Below, piece by piece: positions 1 through 11,632 of a DNA stretch of 64,000 nucleotides (position 1 is the stretch's first letter; the number at the start of each line of letters is the position of its first letter). The notes beneath the pieces were generated by a model. That model made no database searches, had not been told where the DNA came from, and saw only the letters and a program-made list of their open reading frames with translations. The DNA lies in IMG/VR virus record IMGVR_UViG_3300044630_004720, one strand, 5' to 3'. A program made the translations under genes and the position numbers. The DNA comes from a virus. Lineage: Duplodnaviria; Caudoviricetes.

Positions 1-405
1 AACGAATTAATTTCTCGTGACGAAGGAATGCACTGTGATTATGCTTGTCATTTGTATAACAACCACATTGAAAATAAACTTAGTGAAACTAAAATAAGAG
101 AGATTATTTGTGGAGCGTTAGAAATTGAAAAGGAATTTATTACCGAAGCATTACCTGTTAGGTTAATTGGTATGAACTCAGATTTAATGCGTCAATACCT
201 TGAATTCGTAACGGATAGATTATTAGTGTCATTAGGTTGTTCAAAAGTTTACAATTCAACTAACCCATTTGATTTTATGGAAAACATCGCAATTCAAGGA
301 AAAACAAATTTCTTTGAGAAAAGAGTTGCCGAATATCAAAAAGCGGGTGTACATAATAAATCTGAAGAAGAACTGTCAAGTGCGTTTTCAGATATGGATT
401 TCTAA
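1..405 (+). CDS. nrdB: Ribonucleotide reductase class Ia beta (R2) subunit, C-terminal part (truncated by window start)
   Basis: Frame is open from base 1 ([11 protein letters not shown], iron-ligand DExxH motif). Also NPFDFME and [14 protein letters not shown] (conserved R2 tail). Lies next to nrdA. Confidence 0.96.
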   Translation, partial: NELISRDEGMHCDYACHLYNNHIENKLSETKIREIICGALEIEKEFITEALPVRLIGMNSDLMRQYLEFVTDRLLVSLGCSKVYNSTNPFDFMENIAIQGKTNFFEKRVAEYQKAGVHNKSEEELSSAFSDMDF

Positions 406-426
406 AATTAAAATTTTTTTGGTAAA

Positions 427-2856
427 ATGAAAGTAAAGAAGAGAAACGGTGAATTAGAAGAGATGAGGTATGATAAAATCACTAAACGTATTAGTGCACT
501 ATGTGAAGACCTCAATATGGAGTATGTGGACCCAACATATATAACACTTAAGGTTACACAAGGAATTTATGATGGGATATCAACAATAGAATTAGATAGA
601 TTAGCGGCTGAAACTGCGGCATCAATGACTACAACTCATCCTGATTATGCAAAATTAGCAGGTAGGATTGCAGTATCTAATTTACACAAATCAACACCAA
701 GAAAATTCTCACAATGTATTAAGGAATTATATTCTTTTATTGAACCAAAAACAGGTAAAGAATCTACTTTAATTTCTGACGAAGTATACGAGTTCGTAAT
801 GGAAAATAAAGAAGTTATCGATGGAGCCATTGATATGAATAGAGATATGGATTTCGATTATTTCGGGTTCAAGACTTTAGAACGTTCATACCTATTAAAA
901 ATTGGTAATAGAATTGTGGAAAGACCACAATATATGTATATGAGAGTTGCCGTGGGTATTTGTAAAGGAGATGTAGAAATGGCTTTGAGAATCTATGATG
1001 ATTTATCACAACACTTTTACACACACGCTACCCCTACATTATTCAATGCGGGAACACGTAGAGCACAAATGTCATCTTGTTTCTTAATTGGAAATAAAGG
1101 TGATGACATCGATGGATTGTTTGACACAATTAAAGACGTTGCAAAGATTTCTAAGTGGGCTGGCGGTATTGGATTACACGTACACGATGTTCGTGCTAAA
1201 GGTTCTTATATTAAAGGAACTGGCGGAGAATCTGATGGTTTAATCCCAATGATGAAAACATATAATGAAGTCGCTCGTTGGATTAACCAAGGTGGTAAAC
1301 GTAAAGGTTCGTTTGCAATTTATCTAGAACCTTGGCACTCAGATGTATTTGATTTTATTGATTTAAGAAAGAATCACGGTAAGGAAGAAATGAGAGCAAG
1401 AGATTTGTTCTTAGCTATGTGGACTCCTGATTTATTTATGAAACGTGTTGAAGAAGACGGTGATTGGTCTTTATTCTCACCTGACGAAGCACCAGGTTTA
1501 TCAGATGCTTATGATAGTCCCGAAGACAAAGCTTTCACTCGTTTATATGAACAATATGAACAAGATGGTAAAGCGAGAAAAGTTGTTAAGGCGAGAAAGT
1601 TAATGGATGCAATATTAACAGCTCAAATTGAAACAGGAACACCATATATGTTATATAAGGACCCTGCAAACTATAAATCAAATCAAAAGAACTTAGGTAC
1701 GATTAAGTCATCAAACTTATGTACCGAAATTATTGAGTATAGTTCACCAACTGAACAAGCGGTTTGTAATCTAGCATCAATTGCATTACCAAAATATATT
1801 ATTGATGGTGAATTCAATCATCAATTATTGTATGAATACACATACCAAGTTGTTAAAAATTTAAACAATGTAATTGATTTGAATTTCTACCCAACAGAAG
1901 AAACAAAACGTTCTAACTTTAGACATAGACCGGTTGGTTTGGGTATCCAAGGATTGGCGGATGTATTTTGTATGTTAGGTTTACCATTCGAAAGTGAAGG
2001 TGCTGATAAATTACAAACAGAGATTTTTGAAACCATTTATTTTGCTGCCTTAACATCGTCCAAAGATTTATCCAAAACTTTTGGTCCATACGAGAGTATA
2101 GTGGGTTCCCCAATAGAAAAGGGAATATTCCAATATCAGGTATGGGACAAAACTGATAAAGATTTATCAGGTCGTTGGGATTGGAAATCATTAAGAAAAG
2201 AGGTCGTTAATTACGGAGTTAGAAACTCATTATTAGTTGCACCGATGCCGACAGCATCAACCGCACAGATTTTAGGTAACAACGAAGCGTTTGAACCATT
2301 CACCACTAATCTTTATCTTAGAAGAACATTAGGTGGAGAGTTTGTTGTAATTAACAAACACTTGGTTAATGACTTATTGAAAATAGGTATGTGGAGTGAT
2401 AGTATCAAAAACAAATTAATTTTTGAAAATGGTTCAGTTCAAAATATCCCTGAAATACCAACTGAGTTAAAAGAGATATATAAAACTGTTTGGGAAATGT
2501 CACAAAAGAGAATTCTCCAAATGGCGGCAAATAGGTCAGTTTTCATTGACCAATCCCAATCTTTGAATTTATTCATTGATAATGTGACCAAACCAAAATT
2601 ATTGGCAGCACATATCTACGGATGGAAATTAGGATTGAAAACAGGTATGTATTATTTAAGAACAAGAGCGGCGGTAGACGCAATCAAAACTTTAGGTGTT
2701 GATATTAGTGCCACACAAAAAATAGAAGGTTCGATTACCCAAACAACCCAAGCTCCGACCGCACCAACTAATTCAATTCATTTTGAACAAAATGAAACAG
2801 CGTTGAGTATGAAACCATCAGACTCACCGTTTGAATGTGAAGGTTGTGGTTCATAA
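427..2856 (+). CDS. nrdA: Ribonucleotide reductase class Ia alpha (R1) subunit with N-terminal ATP cone
   Basis: ATP cone (VKKRNG...DKITKRI), ATPTLFNAG, SSCFL, NLCTEI (thiyl Cys), VCNLAS, APMPTAST, GLKTGMYYLR and C-terminal CEGCGS. No intein or intron apparent. Confidence 0.98.
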   Translation: MKVKKRNGELEEMRYDKITKRISALCEDLNMEYVDPTYITLKVTQGIYDGISTIELDRLAAETAASMTTTHPDYAKLAGRIAVSNLHKSTPRKFSQCIKELYSFIEPKTGKESTLISDEVYEFVMENKEVIDGAIDMNRDMDFDYFGFKTLERSYLLKIGNRIVERPQYMYMRVAVGICKGDVEMALRIYDDLSQHFYTHATPTLFNAGTRRAQMSSCFLIGNKGDDIDGLFDTIKDVAKISKWAGGIGLHVHDVRAKGSYIKGTGGESDGLIPMMKTYNEVARWINQGGKRKGSFAIYLEPWHSDVFDFIDLRKNHGKEEMRARDLFLAMWTPDLFMKRVEEDGDWSLFSPDEAPGLSDAYDSPEDKAFTRLYEQYEQDGKARKVVKARKLMDAILTAQIETGTPYMLYKDPANYKSNQKNLGTIKSSNLCTEIIEYSSPTEQAVCNLASIALPKYIIDGEFNHQLLYEYTYQVVKNLNNVIDLNFYPTEETKRSNFRHRPVGLGIQGLADVFCMLGLPFESEGADKLQTEIFETIYFAALTSSKDLSKTFGPYESIVGSPIEKGIFQYQVWDKTDKDLSGRWDWKSLRKEVVNYGVRNSLLVAPMPTASTAQILGNNEAFEPFTTNLYLRRTLGGEFVVINKHLVNDLLKIGMWSDSIKNKLIFENGSVQNIPEIPTELKEIYKTVWEMSQKRILQMAANRSVFIDQSQSLNLFIDNVTKPKLLAAHIYGWKLGLKTGMYYLRTRAAVDAIKTLGVDISATQKIEGSITQTTQAPTAPTNSIHFEQNETALSMKPSDSPFECEGCGS

Positions 2857-2871
2857 GAGAAACCCCCCACT

Positions 2872-2901
2872 AAAACCCAACTTCGGTTGGGTTTTTTATT
2901 T
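2872..2901 (+). terminator. Intrinsic terminator after nrdA with a cUUCGg tetraloop
   Basis: Perfect 10-bp stem AAAACCCAAC-TTCG-GTTGGGTTTT followed by TTATTT. Confidence 0.9.
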
Positions 2902-2934
2902 ATTACCATTTTGGTATTGTTTATATTTATTGAT

Positions 2935-3390
2935 ATGGCGTTAACATCATATGGAATTGATTTTCCATTTAGAGATAGTAGATACGGTGAATATTTAAAA
3001 ACAACCGAATCCCCTCAAAGAGAGGTAAGAGCGAATATTATACACCTTCTTTTAACGAGAAAGGGGTCAAGATATTTTTTACCTGACTTTGGTACCAGAA
3101 TTTACGAGTATATTTTTGAACAAAATGATGTAGTGTCATTTGGACAAATCGAAGAAGAAATTAGGGAAGGGATTAGAAAATTTATACCAAACGTCGAAGT
3201 AAAATCATTGGAAATTATGTCAGCGGAGGATGACCCCGACCAAACAAAAACATATTCCCAAGATGAAGATGAAAGATTATTCAGGGTTTCAGATTATTCA
3301 AGTAAACCTTATACCGCTAAAGTGAAACTTGATTATACCGTAAATAACGGAGCATTTTCAGTTTCAGACTTTATAATTATTAACATATAA
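2935..3390 (+). CDS. Baseplate wedge protein, T4 gp25/GPW-like
   Basis: GIDFPF...NIIHLLLTRKGSRYFLPDFGTRIYEYIFE is a typical gp25 motif. Start moved to ATG 2935 because the ORF-track start at 2887 lies inside the terminator. Confidence 0.9.
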   Translation: MALTSYGIDFPFRDSRYGEYLKTTESPQREVRANIIHLLLTRKGSRYFLPDFGTRIYEYIFEQNDVVSFGQIEEEIREGIRKFIPNVEVKSLEIMSAEDDPDQTKTYSQDEDERLFRVSDYSSKPYTAKVKLDYTVNNGAFSVSDFIIINI

Positions 3391-3391
3391 G

Positions 3392-5221
3392 ATGGCAAAA
3401 GAAATATCATACGCAACCAGAGACTTTGCAGGATTAAGAGAAGAGTTGGTAACACTAACCAAAAAATATTATCCTGACCTAATAAGTAACTTTAACGACG
3501 CATCAATTTATTCTGTATTATTAGACTTAAATGCTGCGGTTGCTGATAACCTTCATTTTCATATAGATAGAGTTTGGCAAGAAACAATGTTGGACTTTGC
3601 TCAACAAAGACAATCATTATATCATATTGCTAAAACATATGGATTAAGAATACCTGGTTTAAGACCTTCAGTTGCGTTATGTGACTTTTCAATAAACGTA
3701 CCGGTTAGAGGTGATAAGGATGATGAAAGATATGAAGGTATTTTAAAATCGGGAGCTCAGGTTTCGGGAGGAGGACAAGTTTTTGAAACAATAGATGATA
3801 TTGATTTTTCAAGTCCATTTAATAGTAAAGGAGAACCAAATAGATTAAAGATTCCAAATTTTGATAATAACAACAAATTAGTTTCATATACCATAACAAA
3901 AAGAGAAGCTGTGGTAAACGGAACAACAAAAATATACAGAAGGGTAATTAATGAAATTGACCAAAAACCATTTTTAAAAATATTTTTACCTGAAAGAAAT
4001 GTGTTGGGTGTTGTCGGAATGATTCACAAATCAGGTACCAACTTCATATCGAACCCTACATACGATGAATTTAATGGTGACAATAAATGGTACGAAGTGA
4101 AGTCATTAATGGAAGATAGAGTTTTTATTGAAGACCCAACAACAGTATCAGATAGAGACAATTTTACGTCGGGAGATTATGTTAGAGTTGATAATAAATT
4201 TATATCAGAATACACACCCGAAGGATATTTTCATATAACTTTTGGTTCAGGTAATGTAGACCCAATGGATAATTTGGACAACTATATGAACGGAACAATG
4301 AAGGTTAACATATCAACTTTCTTGAATAACGTATCATTAGGAACAATTCCAAAACCTGGTACCACCCTGTTCATCAAATACAGAGTTGGTGGAGGTAAAG
4401 ACACCAATTTAGGGGTAAACGTGATTTCATCGATAGATACGATTGATTTTGCATTAAACGGACCTAATAGTTCAATTAACGACCAAGTATCACAATCCTT
4501 AAGTGTAACAAACATTACACCTGCGGTTGGTGGAGCTGATTCCCCAACAATCGAAGAAATTAGAGGAATGATAGCATATAACTTTGCAGCACAAAACAGA
4601 GCGGTTACACTCAATGACTATAAATCGTTAATTGAGACAATGCCATCAACTTATGGTGCACCGGCCAAGGTTAGTGTTATGGAAGAAGACAATAAAGTAA
4701 AAATAAAATTATTGTCTTATGATGATGAAGGTAATTTGACTGATATAGTATCCAATACTTTGAAACAGAATGTATTAAATTACCTATCTAAATTCAGAAT
4801 GTTAAATGATTATTTGGATATTGAAAGTGGTGAGGTTATTGACTTAGGTTTAGAAATTGATTTGGTTGTTAATAAAAATGAAAGTCAAAGTGACGTTCTT
4901 AAAGAAACAGTAAAAACCATAACAGGTTTCTTCGCAATAGACAAAAGAAAAATGGGAGACCCATTATTTGTTGGTGATTTGAAAAAAGAAATAGGTAATG
5001 TTAGTGGTGTGATAAACGTCGTTGATGTTAGAATTTTTAACAAAATCGGAGGAAAATATTCTTCAGCTGAAGTATCACAAACATACAAAGACAACATCAG
5101 TAAAGAGATTCTACAGTCAGACTCAACCATATATATGAAGTCAAATCAAATCTGTCAAATCAGATTCCCTCAAACGGATATTAAAGTGAGGGTAAAAACT
5201 CCAACTTCGACTACATACTAA
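3392..5221 (+). CDS. Baseplate wedge protein, T4 gp6 / baseplate-J-like
   Basis: YATRDFAGLREEL, DFAQQRQSLYHIAKTYG, YRVGGG, GGADSPTIEEIR, AQNRAVTLNDY. Follows gp25. Confidence 0.9.
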   Translation: MAKEISYATRDFAGLREELVTLTKKYYPDLISNFNDASIYSVLLDLNAAVADNLHFHIDRVWQETMLDFAQQRQSLYHIAKTYGLRIPGLRPSVALCDFSINVPVRGDKDDERYEGILKSGAQVSGGGQVFETIDDIDFSSPFNSKGEPNRLKIPNFDNNNKLVSYTITKREAVVNGTTKIYRRVINEIDQKPFLKIFLPERNVLGVVGMIHKSGTNFISNPTYDEFNGDNKWYEVKSLMEDRVFIEDPTTVSDRDNFTSGDYVRVDNKFISEYTPEGYFHITFGSGNVDPMDNLDNYMNGTMKVNISTFLNNVSLGTIPKPGTTLFIKYRVGGGKDTNLGVNVISSIDTIDFALNGPNSSINDQVSQSLSVTNITPAVGGADSPTIEEIRGMIAYNFAAQNRAVTLNDYKSLIETMPSTYGAPAKVSVMEEDNKVKIKLLSYDDEGNLTDIVSNTLKQNVLNYLSKFRMLNDYLDIESGEVIDLGLEIDLVVNKNESQSDVLKETVKTITGFFAIDKRKMGDPLFVGDLKKEIGNVSGVINVVDVRIFNKIGGKYSSAEVSQTYKDNISKEILQSDSTIYMKSNQICQIRFPQTDIKVRVKTPTSTTY

Positions 5222-5274
5222 ATTGTTTTTTAGTTATCTTATAAGAAATTGATAGAGTTTCTATTTATTATAAG

Positions 5275-8200
5275 ATGATACAAAAGCATAGAATTTATAC
5301 AAACATAGGTGAAGACCAGTATATCAAATTTGAAATAAAACAAGACTTTGATTTACTTGAGGTCTTATCTTTAAAAATGTCTCAAAGAGACGTTTATACA
5401 TCCCTTTGTGCCGATTATGGTGTTGTTTGCGGTAGACTAACAGTAAATAATGGATTCGGTGTCCCAAATGCAAGAGTATCTATATTCATTCCATTGGATG
5501 ATGACGATTCCGACGACCCTATAATTTCTGCATTATACCCTTACACAGACCTAACCGAAAAAGACGAAGATGGTTTTAGATATAATCTATTACCTGCCAG
5601 AAGACAACATAGTGGACACGCAGCCACAGGTACATTTCCGGACCAATCAGATATTCTTAATAGAGAAGAAGTTTTAGAGGTATTTGAAAAATATTATAAG
5701 TACACCGTAAGAACTAACGATGCGGGAGATTTTATGATTTGGGGGGTACCGTTAGGACAACAGACAATTGTTTGTGATGTTGACTTATCAGATATCGGGT
5801 GTTTTTCTTTAAGACCCGATGATTTTTTAAGACTTGGTTTTGGTGTTGATGATTTTAAAAACAAATATGAGTTTAAAGCATCAATGGATTTAGACTCATT
5901 ACCACAAATTAAAACATTTAGTAAAACAATTGAGGTATACCCATTTTGGGGTAATGAAGATTTATGTGAAATTGGGATTACAAGAACCGACTTTGATTTA
6001 TCAGACCAAGGAGTTAAGATAGAGCCGAAAGCTTACGTGATTGGTGGAACATATACTGAAGAAGGTAAAAAAGTAATCAATAGAAACTGTAGCGTCCCTA
6101 AAAATATGGGGAGAAAATGTGACCTTAAAACAAAAAAAGGTAAGATTGAGGCGATTAGATTTAAGGCGGAATATGATGCAAATGACAGACCAATCTTAGA
6201 ATTGTACGAAACAAACGAAGACATTCCTGAAGACGGTTCATTTATCATCTCAATTCCTATGAATATGGATTTTCTTTACACAAATGAGTTTGGTGAGAAT
6301 GAATATACAAATGACCCAAACAAAGGAATCCCAACATCCGCTTGTTATCGTTTTAGATTTTCATTATTAGATACGCCAACGGCAAGTTACTTAGCACCAA
6401 ACATTAGAGAATATCCAAATTACCTTAACCAACCACAAAGCCAATCATATGCTTGGTCATTAAATTATAAAGACTATCCATCACTTGCTCATAGTTTAAT
6501 ATTAAATAAAGTTGATGGATTTTATGTCCCACAAGATTATTTTTATCGTTTTAGTTATAATAAAGTTTATACTGTATCATCATTTCATAGTGCACAATAT
6601 AGAACAACGGGTCTATCAAGTAATAGAATTGTAGGGAGTAAGTTCGTTGGAATTAAAGATTTAGTTCCAAATGAACAAAATGAGTGCAATGATATTGCAG
6701 TTACTCCGCCTGTAAATTATGGATTTAGAAATTTTACATTCACATTATTAATTGCGGATGTTCTATTGTTTCTTGAACAGCTAGGTGTTAGTACGGGTTT
6801 GATTTTTAGTAATACCGTGGCTAAAATTTTTCACAGATTTGCAGATGCGGTTGATTTCTCTCCAATCAAAAAATTAAGTAAATCAATACGAAAATTTGCC
6901 TATGGTATACAAGATGGTGGACAAAGAGATTTATACTTGATTGAATATCCGTCTTGTCTTGAATGTAATAGAGACAATGAATATGGTACGTCCGGTGGTA
7001 GAGCGGGAGATGTTTCGGACTATTGCGTTGTTGGTACTGCACAAGTCGTAGGCTCAAGTAACGAAATGTCAAGAACATTAACTGTTAATAGTATTTCATT
7101 TGCAGTTGCAGACCCAATTATATGTTCAGGAGCAACGGCACCAACAGCTGTGTATTTTTATAATAATCAAACAGAATATTATATTAGTCACGGTGTTGAA
7201 GGTTATACTTTGGATGCAAGTACAAAGTTTGTTTCAGGAGCAACAATTACCTTTTTAGACCCCAACTCAATATTTCCCGATTCACAAACATATACTGTTG
7301 AAATTAGACAGAAAAGTGCATATGTCGGAACTGAGGAAGCTTTAGAAGAATTGGAAGAGGGATGTGAACTTTTTGATGTACCATATGATGAATCGGTAGT
7401 ACAATTATATTACACAAATACAGGAAGAACACCAACATCCCCGTCAATTAATGGAACTCCAACATATACTCCAGGTATGAATGTTCAGGCAACATTAATT
7501 TCTGATATCGCCCCCCGTAACTATCCATTATTATTAAATTATGAAGGGGACTCTTTTGTTCCGTTAACACCATCTGGTCAATCTGAATTTAAAAATGGAA
7601 TATTCACGATAATACCTGGTACATTAACGACAGGAAGAATTGTAAGAATAATGAGAGAATATAGAAAAAGAAGAAAGGTTGCTAAGATGTTTTGTGGAGG
7701 CGCTGTAAATTACTCTTTTGTTGATAATTGGTTATCTGGTTCATTATACTTTCCTCCATTTGAAATTAAAAGAAGAAAATATTGTGGTAATGTTGTTACA
7801 AAGGTAACTCAAACCAATATAAAAACGGGAGCACAAGAAGATATTTTCTATTATAAATCCGCCGCGTATAATGATGTTACTGGCGTGTGGGGTTCTACAA
7901 CATACAATACAAATAGAAGATTAAATAGACCAACAACTTTTGTCGATTTAGGACCAAGAGATGAGTTTATTAAAGAGATTTGTGTTGACCCTAATTTAGA
8001 CCCTAACTGTTCTGTTTCAAGAAACATCGGACCTACAACGTATAAAGATTTTGGTGAATTGTTAGGATTGGCAATTAATTATAGATTAGATGTTGGTCCA
8101 TATACTTTTGACTTTAACAATTTTTTTGATAACAATGGATACCCTTATTCAGGAGTAGGACATAAAGTTTTAGATGGTGATATTTTACAACTAATATCAA

Positions 8201-9042
8201 TTAATAATGAAGTAGGTATTGAAGGATTTGATTTACAAAACCCAAAATATATTGGTTACAGTTATCAGATATTAGACCCTGAAATCTATCCTGACATTTT
8301 CAAAAAAGGTAGTGTGTGGGGACCTTTACCCATTACTTTAGATTTAGATGAGGACGGTGAAAGAATTAGATTGTGTTTAAATGAACCATCACACCTTGCA
8401 AATGACGGTATTACACAAGTTCAAGGTAGATTAACTGAATCATCACAACCGGTACCATTCTTTTTATGGGATAAAAAAGGAACAGGATTTGGAGCATATA
8501 ATACATCGACACTCGATGACCAATCTTTTTCTTATACGGGGGTTACAGTACAACCTTTACAGGGAATGACATATGCGTACAACTTAACAGGTACCACTGA
8601 CGATTCATCAGACAAGTATCTATTGTTACCAATCACATATGATGGTGACGGGTTGGCGATATCAAACTTAAATGTGGTTGATGATGAAGGTGAAATGTTT
8701 GACTCAATAGTTTCAGGTGTCACAGGAAACGAATATCAACAATATAACACAGAATATCCGGGATACACGGTTCTTGTTGTTACGAGTGGAACACTTGAAA
8801 ATCCTTTGACAGGTACACTGTGGACACGTTATAGTTCGGCGGGTACTTGGCATAGTTTAGCTTGGACAAGCGGCACTGATTTTATTATTAGAAAAACAAG
8901 AGACTATTATAGTGGTACAAAACAAATATTATCAACACCATTCTTATTCTATTTTGGATTGAAACCTGGTGCAACAGGATTAGATAAGTTCATTGAAAGA
9001 TTTGGACCTAAAGATGCATTTAAAACAACAGATGATTTCTAA
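5275..9042 (+). CDS. Large baseplate/tail-associated structural protein with an N-terminal carboxypeptidase-regulatory-like (prealbumin-fold) domain
   Basis: GVVCGRL...GVPNARVSIF...TNDAGDFMIWGVPLG. Cys-rich middle. Located in the baseplate operon. Confidence 0.6.
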   Translation: MIQKHRIYTNIGEDQYIKFEIKQDFDLLEVLSLKMSQRDVYTSLCADYGVVCGRLTVNNGFGVPNARVSIFIPLDDDDSDDPIISALYPYTDLTEKDEDGFRYNLLPARRQHSGHAATGTFPDQSDILNREEVLEVFEKYYKYTVRTNDAGDFMIWGVPLGQQTIVCDVDLSDIGCFSLRPDDFLRLGFGVDDFKNKYEFKASMDLDSLPQIKTFSKTIEVYPFWGNEDLCEIGITRTDFDLSDQGVKIEPKAYVIGGTYTEEGKKVINRNCSVPKNMGRKCDLKTKKGKIEAIRFKAEYDANDRPILELYETNEDIPEDGSFIISIPMNMDFLYTNEFGENEYTNDPNKGIPTSACYRFRFSLLDTPTASYLAPNIREYPNYLNQPQSQSYAWSLNYKDYPSLAHSLILNKVDGFYVPQDYFYRFSYNKVYTVSSFHSAQYRTTGLSSNRIVGSKFVGIKDLVPNEQNECNDIAVTPPVNYGFRNFTFTLLIADVLLFLEQLGVSTGLIFSNTVAKIFHRFADAVDFSPIKKLSKSIRKFAYGIQDGGQRDLYLIEYPSCLECNRDNEYGTSGGRAGDVSDYCVVGTAQVVGSSNEMSRTLTVNSISFAVADPIICSGATAPTAVYFYNNQTEYYISHGVEGYTLDASTKFVSGATITFLDPNSIFPDSQTYTVEIRQKSAYVGTEEALEELEEGCELFDVPYDESVVQLYYTNTGRTPTSPSINGTPTYTPGMNVQATLISDIAPRNYPLLLNYEGDSFVPLTPSGQSEFKNGIFTIIPGTLTTGRIVRIMREYRKRRKVAKMFCGGAVNYSFVDNWLSGSLYFPPFEIKRRKYCGNVVTKVTQTNIKTGAQEDIFYYKSAAYNDVTGVWGSTTYNTNRRLNRPTTFVDLGPRDEFIKEICVDPNLDPNCSVSRNIGPTTYKDFGELLGLAINYRLDVGPYTFDFNNFFDNNGYPYSGVGHKVLDGDILQLISINNEVGIEGFDLQNPKYIGYSYQILDPEIYPDIFKKGSVWGPLPITLDLDEDGERIRLCLNEPSHLANDGITQVQGRLTESSQPVPFFLWDKKGTGFGAYNTSTLDDQSFSYTGVTVQPLQGMTYAYNLTGTTDDSSDKYLLLPITYDGDGLAISNLNVVDDEGEMFDSIVSGVTGNEYQQYNTEYPGYTVLVVTSGTLENPLTGTLWTRYSSAGTWHSLAWTSGTDFIIRKTRDYYSGTKQILSTPFLFYFGLKPGATGLDKFIERFGPKDAFKTTDDF

Positions 9043-10829
9043 TGGAAAAAAGAAAAGTCATATTACCAGAAAAAAGATTTGCTAAGGCATCCTCCGAAGA
9101 TTTAAATTTATCAATTAAATTATCTGAAGAAAAAAGTTTGTTAACAAACGACGAGAGAGAATATATTTTAGATATAAATGAGTTGTTTAGTGCCGAAAGA
9201 AATGATTGTAAGAGATATAAAATATTTGGTAAAATAAGACCAATATTTAGAAATATGTACAGTGGTACCACATCATATGGACCACTAAGTGAACAATTGG
9301 CGTTGGTCGGTGATGGAACAGGAACTTATGTTGGTTATTTACCATATAACGAATTCGCATTTCTAAGAAATGATGTTTATAGAGAATCTATTCCTGACAT
9401 TGACGTATCATCACTATCAACATTTACAGGTTTTACACTAAGTAAAACAGGAACAACATCACATCAAACAATAACACCAATGGAGGCTCCATATCACAAT
9501 TGGAATCTTTATGTAAGTTATGTCTATACAGGTGATACAAATTACCCAATGAAGTATACTCTTTCAGGTAATACTGTGCAATCATTTGTAAGTGGTGACG
9601 GAATACCTTTTAGAGTAAGTGATAACGGGGTTTCATATAGACTAACGAGTCCAATGGACCACGGTCTAGGTGAAGGTGAGTTTATAATATTGGATGATTA
9701 TCCATATTATGTAAATTCAATTGGTAATGAATATTACAACTCAGAATTATTTGTTGTTGATATTTTAAAATCACAAATACCGTCAGGAACAACTACATTT
9801 AATAATGCAATTGTCATTGGTAAGAGGTGTATAGATTCAAAAAATATAAACGAAACTACATCTCAATATTATGTTCATAAATTAAAAACACTTACCAATA
9901 GTGAGGATTATATTTTAGATAAAGCAGGATTTGAAAATCAAATTTTTGAACACGAAAGAAAATTATTATTTGAGAATGCCGCACAACAAAATGATGTATT
10001 GGTAGAAAGAAATAGACCGGAAACACTTCTTTTTGATTTCAAAGAACCATTTGTTTTAACTGGTTTAACAAATAATTTAAATTACGAACCAACAGAATTA
10101 TACCTATCAATCTTATTTAGAAATGGAAATGGGTACTTCCAATATCCACCAAAAGTTGGATGGAAAATGAATCTTCATAACGAATGGATTGACACTCATT
10201 TCAGTGGTACAACTAAAACATTACCACCATTTGAAAGTGGTATGGGGTCCGGCTATACATTTACAAATAGTGGAATCACTTTTACAAGTGGAACCACACT
10301 CCCAATAGGAACGATTTTAACAGGTGCATTCGTTGAATATAATCCATATGAAATGAAAGAAAGAATAATTTCAGAATCATATCATAGAATTGCAAACCCA
10401 ACAACAATATTTAATTACGACCAAGACGATACTCAACCAGGATTTAGTGGTGCAACAGCTAGTAATATGTTTGGTGTAATTTATCAACCACATCATCGAG
10501 TAAAAGTAAGAGAGTTATCACCTTATACTGAAACATCCACATCTCCCGATGTGGATAACATTCCACAGAACGCTAGATATTTTCCGAACGAGAATTTATG
10601 GAAGTGGAGAGACGTGTACGATTATGGATATATTGATGATTTAGGATATGGTGTGGATTTTCCATTTATGAACAATGTACATTACGTAAGAAACGATATT
10701 AATTTTTATATGAGAAATGAAAAATCATATAAACACAAGGCTGATGGTTTATTTGATTTTGATTCTTTCTTTAATAAGAACAGTAACAAGAATAAGAAAT
10801 TAAACAGAAATAGAAATAAAAAGTGTTAA
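9042..10829 (+). CDS. Hypothetical virion/baseplate protein
   Basis: 595-aa ORF coupled by TAATG overlaps on both sides. Beta-rich with many S/T-G-x-T motifs. Confidence 0.6.
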   Translation: MEKRKVILPEKRFAKASSEDLNLSIKLSEEKSLLTNDEREYILDINELFSAERNDCKRYKIFGKIRPIFRNMYSGTTSYGPLSEQLALVGDGTGTYVGYLPYNEFAFLRNDVYRESIPDIDVSSLSTFTGFTLSKTGTTSHQTITPMEAPYHNWNLYVSYVYTGDTNYPMKYTLSGNTVQSFVSGDGIPFRVSDNGVSYRLTSPMDHGLGEGEFIILDDYPYYVNSIGNEYYNSELFVVDILKSQIPSGTTTFNNAIVIGKRCIDSKNINETTSQYYVHKLKTLTNSEDYILDKAGFENQIFEHERKLLFENAAQQNDVLVERNRPETLLFDFKEPFVLTGLTNNLNYEPTELYLSILFRNGNGYFQYPPKVGWKMNLHNEWIDTHFSGTTKTLPPFESGMGSGYTFTNSGITFTSGTTLPIGTILTGAFVEYNPYEMKERIISESYHRIANPTTIFNYDQDDTQPGFSGATASNMFGVIYQPHHRVKVRELSPYTETSTSPDVDNIPQNARYFPNENLWKWRDVYDYGYIDDLGYGVDFPFMNNVHYVRNDINFYMRNEKSYKHKADGLFDFDSFFNKNSNKNKKLNRNRNKKC

Positions 10830-11632
10830 TGGAAATAAGAAAAGACGATATCGGTAGCGTGTTTTTAAATATGGAAACAAACTTCAAACCCGATTTAGGG
10901 AGAGAAGAGAGTTTACAGTTATTTGAGTCTGAGACTATCAGAAGTATAATAAACCCTATTGACAATTATGAAACTGTCAGATTCATACACAATCCATATT
11001 CTGGTATCACTTCAAACTCAACTGACACGCAATCTGACATTTGGTTTCAATTTTATTTTTATAACGGTTCAACACACACAGGAGGTTTAGACTATTCTTT
11101 AGTTGGTATTGATAATATGACCAACGCAAAACAATTAAGACAAACAACAAGCACGTTTTTCAAATTAGAATTTTTTATAGTACCTGATGGACAACAACCT
11201 GAAAGAGGAAATAGAAAATTAGTTTTTTCTAAAACACTAACGATGCCTTTGGGTGAAAAAGTTTTCTTCACACCATTCGGTGATTATATACACGTACCTA
11301 TTTTCAGTGGTTCAAATTATAGAAATAAAGAAAATATGTATCTTTTTTGGTTTCAGGAAATTGATTCTTTTGAAGGAACATATCTAACAGGAACTACTTT
11401 TTATATGACTGCCAGATTTTTTAATGGAAATGATGGTAGTATTCTTAATTTTTCTAACACATCAAAATCTAAAACAACTTCAATAAATGAGTCAAATGAT
11501 TTATATTATAAGGTAATTATAGATAGGTCTAATTATTCGTATGAGGTTTTCAGATATACGGGAACCACAGGTTCAAGAATAGGTAAATCAGGAGACCCAA
11601 TAAAATTTTATGAAGTAGAATCTGGTGGTTAA
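10829..11632 (+). CDS. Hypothetical virion/baseplate protein
   Basis: ATG 10829 overlaps the upstream TAA (TAATG). The stop overlaps the next start. Confidence 0.6.
   Translation: MEIRKDDIGSVFLNMETNFKPDLGREESLQLFESETIRSIINPIDNYETVRFIHNPYSGITSNSTDTQSDIWFQFYFYNGSTHTGGLDYSLVGIDNMTNAKQLRQTTSTFFKLEFFIVPDGQQPERGNRKLVFSKTLTMPLGEKVFFTPFGDYIHVPIFSGSNYRNKENMYLFWFQEIDSFEGTYLTGTTFYMTARFFNGNDGSILNFSNTSKSKTTSINESNDLYYKVIIDRSNYSYEVFRYTGTTGSRIGKSGDPIKFYEVESGG

Noticed and set aside
427-2856. Possible intein or intron in nrdA, a common insertion site
   Set aside because: Length (809 aa) and continuous motifs match an uninterrupted R1.
2887-2934. ORF-track N-terminal extensions (2887, 10823, 25220, 30030, 39014, 47737)
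   Set aside because: They run through terminators or upstream genes. Downstream ATGs fit coupling, motif spacing and homology better.
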